Shown: piece by piece, positions 55,481 through 64,000 of the stretch
Numbering within the stretch: position 1 is the first letter of the stretch
How the letters are laid out: each line of letters starts with the position of its first letter
Source of the DNA: Eledone cirrhosa
Lineage: Eukaryota
Direction: 5' to 3'
DNA: 64,000 bases
NCBI GenBank assembly: GCA_964016885.1
Contig: OZ024747.1
Location: forward strand, 6,386,001-6,450,000
Translations under genes and position numbers: made by a program
The notes under the pieces: model-generated
What the model saw: the letters and a program-made list of their open reading frames with translations, nothing else
The model's database searches: none
What the model was told of the DNA's origin: nothing

Positions 55481-56200
55481 GTACGCTCACTGTAGAGCTG
55501 AACCAGAACACTAAATACCCAGGTGGTGGCTCTAGTTAAACGCAGTTTAACCTGACCAAATGAACTTAATTTCACCTCTGATCTCATTCCCTTTATCATA
55601 ATGACTAAGATATAAACTGGAAATAATGAGTAAGAAAACTATGAATTTCATTTATTTAAAAAGGAAGAAAAAATGCGCTGTCACGGCTTCTTTTTATTTA
55701 AGTACAAATTGACGAGGCTCAAAACCCGAGGTGTCACTCCTCATTATAATAATAGCTAAAAAGGTTGAAAAAAAATATACACACCCGCGCGTGCGGGCGT
55801 ATATACACACATAAATTTGTATATATTTGAAAATATAGTCGACACAATGCAGATAACTATAATAATAATTGATGTGTGCGTGACCGTGTGTGTGCAAAAA
55901 AAAAAAAAGTAAGCGGAAATAACAAAGCAAACAACACAGTACAATGATGAAATATATTAGTTTAATGCTTGATATAGTAGAAAAAGTATCGCTACGTCAC
56001 GGACACTAATCCTTCGTCAGAATATAGAATGAAAAATAAAAGATGGAGAAGAAAGGTGGAGATTGAAAAGAGGAAGGAACGGAAAATTTTTTTTCTAGAA
56101 ATAGCACGTGTGTATTCAGTCAGCCATTTTTTTTTAGAAAATTCTGATTTACACACACACACACACACATATATATATATGTATGTGTGTATGTGGGTGT

Positions 56201-56278
<78 letters not shown>

Positions 56279-56436
56279 ATACTTTGGGAGGGTCATGTTG
56301 CCAATAAGAAACACACGCACCAGTTGCTTTCACTTCAATTTATTATATATTTATAAATTTTTAAGTTTATAAATTTACAAACTTATAAATTTCTGGTTGG
56401 TTGGTTGGTTCCACAACCAGATAGTTTTTTTTATAT

Positions 56437-56481
56437 AGTCATAGTCCTTTCGTCACACACTCTGTGACCTCTTCAGTGACT
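56437..56481 (-). ncRNA. Hammerhead motif, GTCACA family (left arm)
   Basis: AGTCA CTGAAGA g GTCACA gagtg TGTGAC GAAA G ga C TA TGACT. Confidence 0.75.
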
Positions 56482-56592
56482 GGGGATTCCTTTCCTTTGT
56501 TTCTGTGCCTTTCCTTTCTTCTATCCTACGCCATTTTGTTTTGGCGTAGGATAGAAGAAAGGAAAGGCACAGAAACAAAGAAAGGAATCCCC

Positions 56593-56637
56593 AGTCACTG
56601 AAGAGGTCACAGAGTGTGTGACGAAAGGACTATGACT
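56593..56637 (+). ncRNA. Hammerhead motif, GTCACA family (right arm)
   Basis: AGTCA CTGAAGA g GTCACA gagtg TGTGAC GAAA G ga C TA TGACT. Confidence 0.75.
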
Positions 56638-57748
56638 ATATATAAACAACTATCTGGTTGTGGAACCAACCAACCAACCAGAAATTTATAAGTTTGTAAA
56701 TTTATAAACTTAAAAATTTATAAATATATAATAAATTGAAGTGAAAGCAACTGGTGCGTGTGTTTCCTATTGGCAACATGACCCTCCCAAAGTATAACAA
56801 TATCGGTTTCAACACACGATTTCAGATAAAGAATCTTGCTAAACAAATTCGGAAACGAAATATATATATATATATATATGTATGCATATATGTATGTGTG
56901 TGTGTATGTGTGTGAAGTACATGTGCACTTATAACTTTGTACAGTCAACTATTTGTTTATGTGTATGTAATACCTGTCTTTCTAACTTAATTTTAATGTC
57001 AACCAATCTTGGGACCGCCCAAGAGAAAAACTATCAGATAGTTGTATTACAGGAAAAGCAGCTTTCTTTTGACGAATAATATGACTTTTTCACTCCACTT
57101 ACTGACCAGAACAAACAATACAATTGCTACGAACAAGAGAACATGGAAAAAGTTCTGTTTTATAGAAAGATGTTTGTTTGGTTAAATGGTAGCCATTTTA
57201 TTTTTTTCATTTTGTCATCAATTTAGTAGTAAGGCCATAGTTTCGATAGAAGATAATACACCTACTTCAAAATTAGTACATTATACTTCTACATACCTAT
57301 AGGACTACAGGGCCACTAATGTACTTAAAAGCACTGGGAAAATTTGAAAAGTGGACAGAAAAATAGTTTACACTATTTTCTTCACTACTATTTATAGCGA
57401 TCAACTGGTGTCGTGGTCATTTGCGCTGGGGCGCACACGTTTCATATATACATATATATATATGTGTGTGTATTCAAGTATATATTCTTATCCCATACAC
57501 AGTAATTGAGAGAAAGACGGGAGAAAATAATTCCATACGTTATATATATATATATATATATATAGAATTAGTATATCTACCAACATATGCGTACAGATGT
57601 ACACTAATGCTAGCAAATACATAAGTTATGTCATAGTACCTAGGTGCTTCAATGCAGGAGGATGCAGAACAATTATATGAAAGACGTAAAATAAGAAATT
57701 TTAGTAAGTTAATTTTTAATTTTTTTTTTAATTTTCTTATTTTACGTC

Positions 57749-57785
<37 letters not shown>

Positions 57786-57927
57786 ATATAGAAATGGCTT
57801 CTACAGGACTATATGGTATTTATATATTTTCTGGTGGTAGGAGAGGGTGGTGATTGGGATGGGTGGAGGTCATTGGTTGATGGATTTAAAGAAAGGGGGT
57901 TCTTTAAAACCTATATTTAGAGAAATA

Positions 57928-57964
<37 letters not shown>

Positions 57965-57970
57965 ATATAT

Positions 57971-58045
<75 letters not shown>

Positions 58046-58059
58046 TATAATGGACATTA

Positions 58060-58097
58060 CGAGCTGAGGATCCGCTAGGGTGAAACAATTGATCTCG
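58060..58097 (+). ncRNA. Hammerhead motif, AATT family (U16.1A lesion)
   Basis: CGAG CTGAGGA tCCgctagGGt GAAA C AATT G AT CTCG. Confidence 0.6.
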
Positions 58098-58191
58098 GTA
58101 TGGTGAACTAACTGTTGTGTAACCACTTTAACCTAACTCGTTCCATGGACTGAGTGCTTTACCACTACGGATATTACCTTCCAGTGTTCTA

Positions 58192-58227
<36 letters not shown>

Positions 58228-58230
<3 letters not shown>

Positions 58231-58274
58231 CAGAAGATTCCGTTAAGGGCGAAAGCAACGATTCTTTGCTTAAA
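58228..58274 (+). ncRNA. Degenerate hammerhead motif (U4A)
   Basis: TTT CAGAAGA ttccgttaagggc GAAA GCAA cgattct TTGC TT AAA; inverted 3'-half copy at about 4525-4570. Confidence 0.45.
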
Positions 58275-58292
58275 CTTTAATCTGTTATTTTA

Positions 58293-58331
<39 letters not shown>

Positions 58332-58475
58332 CTAACACCGAAACCATGACTTAAGAACTAAATCCCTTGTTAATCTTAGCGATGATCAGCTACCAGGAGA
58401 GATTTGTATTGCAAGCAGCTTCTACTTGGTGGTCTAAAAAAAAAACCCATTTCACTCAAAGAGGTTTGTATGAAA

Positions 58476-58658
58476 TAATTGTTTCTACTTTAGGCACAAG
58501 GCCAGCAATCACCCAGTTCATTACTGGTACTTTATTTTATCGACCCCGTAAGGATGAAAGGCAAAGTCAACCTCGGCGGGATTTGAACTCAGATCGTAAA
58601 GGGACGTAACTATGCTGGAAAGCATGGCGTCTGACTCTCTACCGATACTGCCAATCCA
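58476..58658 (-). mobile_element. SINE family A
   Basis: Similarity to other copies. Confidence 0.87.
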
Positions 58659-58890
58659 AATCGTAACCTATATAACATATACCAGTATATATCTTACAAC
58701 ACCTGTTTTATGACACACGTACATACTCATTCACTCTCTCTATATATATTATATATAATACATAAAGCATATGATTTTCTGTGTATAGAGAAATAGTTAA
58801 CAAACCTTATATTTCTCAGTTTGTTATTTTCACAGCTAAGTTTTCTATTAAAAAGGAAACTGTATATTTACCTCCGGTTTAGCCCATATC

Positions 58891-58949
<59 letters not shown>

Positions 58950-59001
58950 AATATAGTTCAATATAGTTGAAAATTGCAAACTTGACTGTCACCACATATT
59001 A

Positions 59002-59040
59002 TGAACCTGAAGATTGCGAAAGCATGAAAGTACTTGTTCA
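59002..59040 (+). ncRNA. Compact 39-nt type-I hammerhead motif, intact core
   Basis: TGAAC CTGAAGA t TGC GAAA GCA t GAAA G TA C TT GTTCA; GNRA loop on stem II, AAGTACTT palindrome at stem III, CUU triplet. Confidence 0.8.
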
Positions 59041-59148
59041 ATTAACACTTAGAATTTAATATTCTATCATACTATTTCATTATAATACCATTATAAATTT
59101 TAAAGGATTGTAAATAAAACGAGTAAATCAGACAAAATTGGAATTCCT

Positions 59149-59217
<69 letters not shown>

Positions 59218-59319
59218 CTAGCCCTGTAGAAGCTCCGGCCGTTTCAACAGCTAGATCCGAACAGTTCGGATCTAGCTGTCGAAACGCCGGAGCTCAGCCG
59301 TCGGGGTCCTGACTCTTTT

Positions 59320-59398
<79 letters not shown>

Positions 59399-59399
59399 A

Positions 59400-59489
59400 C
59401 AGGGTGTACCCCCAAATTGTATACACACTTTGATTACCTGTACAAACAATATTTATTAGAATGGTGTATATATTGTTGGTGATACCCTG
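59400..59489. mobile_element. 90-bp Tc1/mariner-type MITE
   Basis: TA|CAGGGTG...TACCCTG|TA; relatives at 60772-60835 and 63365-63442. Confidence 0.65.
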
Positions 59490-59902
59490 TATATATGTGT
59501 ATGTGAGTTAGTGTGTGTCAGTGTGTGCATGTGTGTGAATGAAGGTGCGTGGCTTAGTGGTTACGGTATTCGGCTCACGATCGTAAGGTCATGAGTTCAA
59601 TTCCTATATATTTGTTTACGACGCTAGTCGGAGAGATCCCGTACACAGGCCTGACAACTCTCCCGGTCCAACAGGGAGATCTTCCACCTACTTTGGGGTG
59701 AGTGAGATATGACTTGACTTGTGAAAATGGGTATAGCTTTCATCATCTAAAATCTCCCCATTTTGCTTCATTTCTCCCCGATTTGAGGCCCTTTTTTCAT
59801 GGTACTCCTCGTTTGGGCTTTTAAAGGTTGGCAGGTGTGTATCTATCATTGTTTACCTGTCATTTCCGTAAGTACATATACATCTCCTACAACCCATATG
59901 TT

Positions 59903-60030
<128 letters not shown>

Positions 60031-60232
60031 TCTTTCTCCCCCCTCTCTCTCTCTATATATATATTTATATATACACACATTCATACATATATATATATAA
60101 CCTGCATGAGAATTCTCGCAAACTCGCCACCTAACTAAGGAAACCTCTTGTTGAGTCAAACAACGCCGTACGTTAAAACTATCCATAGTACAGAGTACTC
60201 ACTACCTCTAACTGGGTTACCTAAAACGATAA

Positions 60233-60266
<34 letters not shown>

Positions 60267-60328
60267 TATGTTGATTTAAAACTGCACTATCCACAAGTGT
60301 TTTTTAGCCTTCATATCATGTTCTCCTG

Positions 60329-60395
60329 TTTTATCTGATGAAAAGACAAATATTATTGCATGATGATGTTTGTTTTTGAAATGCGCATAATAAAA
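60329..60395 (+). ncRNA. Type-I hammerhead ribozyme motif, GCGC family, intact
   Basis: Third copy; AAAGACAAA improves stem II pairing. Confidence 0.85.
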
Positions 60396-60425
60396 TACAT
60401 GGAACTCCTTTAACCATCTTTTGAT

Positions 60426-60474
<49 letters not shown>

Positions 60475-60916
60475 TCACTCACTCTCTCTCTCTTCTCTCT
60501 CTCCCTCTCTCTCCCTAAGGTCCTGTGTACAACTCCGGTCGTCACTTAGTCACTATATAATATTACAAGAGACATGAGACGTGAGACATCCCAACCTGTA
60601 ACTCAGAGTGAACACATACGTTAATCAGTAAGGTGTGGGTAATATTTATATAACATATAAACCCAGACTGTTGACAGTTTCTGTGCTACAGTCTGTCAAC
60701 AAAAGCGCCAACAACTATTATTCATAGTAGTTAGGTAATACCTTCAAACATAACATAACTTATATATATATACAGAGTTTCCCTCAAAATTGTATACATA
60801 CTTTAATTACCTGTACAGGCAATATTTATTAGAATGCACAACCTTTGCTAAAAATAAAATGATCTATAGACATAATTCAATTGTATGTAAACACCCAAAA
60901 ATGTTTACATAATTTA

Positions 60917-61110
60917 AATAATTGTTTCTACTTTTGGCACAAGGCCAGTAATTACCTCAGTGCATTACTGGTACTTTATTTTATCGACGCCGTAAGAATG
61001 AAAGGCAAAGTTAACCTCGGCGGGATTCGAACTCAGAATGGAAAGGACCGTAACTCTATGCTGCAAAGCATGGCGTCCGACCCTCTACCGATACTGTCAA
61101 TCCACCGCCT
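60917..61110 (-). mobile_element. SINE family A, full length with TSD
   Basis: TACATAATTTAAATAAT duplicated at 60906-60922 and 61110-61126. Confidence 0.92.
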
Positions 61111-61184
61111 ACATAATTTAAATAATACATATCAAACAGAATCTATTTTAATGCATTTTTTTGGTGTATATATTTTTGGGGACA

Positions 61185-61261
<77 letters not shown>

Positions 61262-61363
61262 GGTGTTAAAGTTTGCTTGAAGCATTGTGAAATGTGTAAA
61301 ATACTATCATTCACTTCCTACCTCGAGATTTCCCTCTGCATTGTTGTGGCTTTCTAAATTACG

Positions 61364-61394
<31 letters not shown>

Positions 61395-61400
61395 CATACG

Positions 61401-61519
<119 letters not shown>

Positions 61520-61781
61520 ATATTTGGGAAGGGTAATATTGTTGTAATAATATTGCCAGAATTAATAACAGAACAGTGGTCAATGCAGAAGTTTGTGATT
61601 GGTAAGGTTGTGTAAAACTTTAGTCAGTATTCGGCTGTGCTTTCTAGCAACCAGCCTACTCGCTGACAGGCACCAATCACAAACTTTCCGCCTTGACCAC
61701 TAGCCACGTGATGATTCTTAGCCATTTTGAATTCGTTTCTGGCGGGGATCATGTAAGAAAAATCTTTGTCCAATTGAGTTA

Positions 61782-61856
61782 TCTCCTGATGATTTCCAAA
61801 CCTCTTTGATTTATCCAAGATCGGATATATCCAAAAATAGAATGAAACCGTCGGGG
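61782..61856 (+). ncRNA. Hammerhead-like motif with long stem II
   Basis: TCTC CTGATGA tTTC...TATCC aagatc GGATA...GAAt GAAA C c G TC GGGG; stem III loop only 1 nt. Confidence 0.5.
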
Positions 61857-62473
61857 GTAGAGATATCTTGATGATTTTGGTAGGTTTATGTACATTTTTT
61901 CTTCTAACTTTGATTTTGTACCTAATTATGTATGGTTAACTATATGTCTAGTCAATTTCTACAGGCTATTAGAAATACGAGATACATCTTTTGTAGCTAT
62001 AAGTCGTGGATAAGAAGCTATATCATTTATCTATTATTTCTTCATAAGTATATTTTAAACTTATAGCCTCGTTTAAATGATTTTTTTGTGTGGTTGATTT
62101 ATACTGATTGGGAGAAGAAATACTGTATATATTTTATCTAATGATTCTATGGACTTACTTTTATATATTGCTATGATTATTAATTATTTAATTAATTCTT
62201 CATTGAGACACACCGTGAATGGTTGCCAAAAACATATATATATATATATATGAGTTCGTCTAGTTTATATGTATATATATAAGTGGAAGCTTAGAAAAAT
62301 CGAAGCTTTGGCTGTGGCCAAGCAAAGTCGATCTACAATAAGGAATGAGTTAGCAAAGCACTCAATAAGTCCTTAGAGTAATTACATACGTTTAAATAGC
62401 TTGACAAATTGAAAATTGCGGTAGGCAAAACCCAACCACACAATACCAAAGTGACGAAAGAATTAATCAGGTT

Positions 62474-62538
<65 letters not shown>

Positions 62539-63166
62539 TCATACACCCAAATATATATGTGCGTGGTTTGATTCCATGTGAGTGCACAGGCATGTGTTAA
62601 TGGTAGTTTATACCTAAGAAGTGCTCTTCTAGATTTCAACGGTAATTACAAGTTCATATTTTTAAAATGAAGTGGGTACACACTTCTATGAGCCCTACAT
62701 ACGACATACGACACTGGATACTTGTTATTTAGTCTGATGTAGTAAGGTCAGTCTTGATACGAAACTACTTAGCTTCTGGATGTAAATAGACATCGTTCAG
62801 GTCACTGTAGTGTAATGTGAAACAGTGTCGTTTAGTACGGCAGATAGACGGTTCGATTCACGTTGTTCACTTTTTTGTAATCTCATATTATATATTATTA
62901 AATATTAACCATTTACTTAAATATCTATCTAACTATCTATTTATCTCACTCTCTCCCACCCCCACCCACATTCGCTCTCTCCCACAAACCTTCCATCTTA
63001 ATTCCACTTTTGAAAAGTATAAGAACTGTGAAACCGGTAAAGAAAACAAATAAATATTCTTAAAAAGACTCAGTTGCATTTTCGATTTCTTTTCCTTATG
63101 CTTTCACTCGTGTAGGACATCTCGTTTTTTTTTCATTAAAAAATCCTCATTTCTTATATATGTATA

Positions 63167-63259
<93 letters not shown>

Positions 63260-63301
63260 TTCTATTATTCTATTGTGTATTCCAGCCGACAGGCTGAGGC
63301 C

Positions 63302-63367
<66 letters not shown>

Positions 63368-63774
63368 GGTGTCCCCAAAATCTGTATACACACTTTGATT
63401 AGAATACTGTTGAAGTGTGTATGCATTATTGGAGGACACCTGTATATATATATATACATACAAAATGTTGTTATGAGAGAGTGACTCTTACAAAATTCTT
63501 TTATTATATATTATATAATTCAAAGACAAGATTATGCATTAGTTATATCATTGACAGTCTAACCATTGTATAACCTTGTCATTGGAATATTATATTGTGC
63601 AATAAAACTATTATGTAAGAGTAACCCTGTCATAACATTTCGTAAATGGAAACCCCGTCGCACCTAATCACCAACATTTAGCTGGGACATACTACTGACG
63701 TGGAGTGCTTTAAGATTGATTAAATCAGTGTATCCTCGCCGCGTTAAAACATGTCCTCCACGGATAGGCATTCT

Positions 63775-63851
<77 letters not shown>

Positions 63852-63854
63852 ATC

Positions 63855-63898
<44 letters not shown>

Positions 63899-64000
63899 GA
63901 TTGGAACGTTAGTAAATTCGAAGCTGTGGCGGTCGGCCAACATCTGCGAAAGAACAAATTCGGAGTTTGCACGAAGCACTCAATAAGAATGTATCGATAA

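Larger units (their letters stand above)
56271..56803. repeat. About 530-bp near-perfect palindrome made from an HHR element
   Basis: About 262-bp arms, spacer TTTTGTTT at 56534-56541. Confidence 0.93.

Noticed and set aside
54999-55514. 171-aa plus-strand ORF as a host gene
   Set aside because: The opposite strand encodes a recognisable CRE endonuclease C-terminus
63660-64000. Possible decayed GIY-YIG fragment (GHTT... AVGQHLRKN)
   Set aside because: Short motifs in different frames, split by a microsatellite; too weak without a search

Overview
AT-rich, microsatellite-saturated animal genomic DNA; the SINE/MITE complement looks like an octopus (coleoid cephalopod) genome, an inference from remembered repeat consensus rather than a search. 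Only one host exon is supported: a minus-strand first coding exon (2696-2397) encoding a signal peptide plus the N-terminal part of a NIDO domain (SNED1/nidogen/alpha-tectorin-like), ending at a GTGAGT donor. The other ~60 kb is non-coding. It holds two abundant tRNA-derived SINE families (several with clean TSDs), hAT, Tc1/mariner and piggyBac-like MITEs, RTE and CRE LINE fragments, and many mini/microsatellites. Nearly all ORFs in the supplied track are artefacts of simple repeats. The main hidden signal is about 20 type-I hammerhead ribozyme (HHR) motifs from roughly ten unrelated short elements embedded in (TA)n tracts, which look like Penelope-like element (PLE) pLTR derivatives. They show covarying stems, palindromic loop 3, NUH cleavage triplets, a recurrent U.U pair at the base of stem II and fold-back inverted copies. 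Several families also share a downstream ACTC/GAGT bulged hairpin. All structures were folded by eye and activity is untested.
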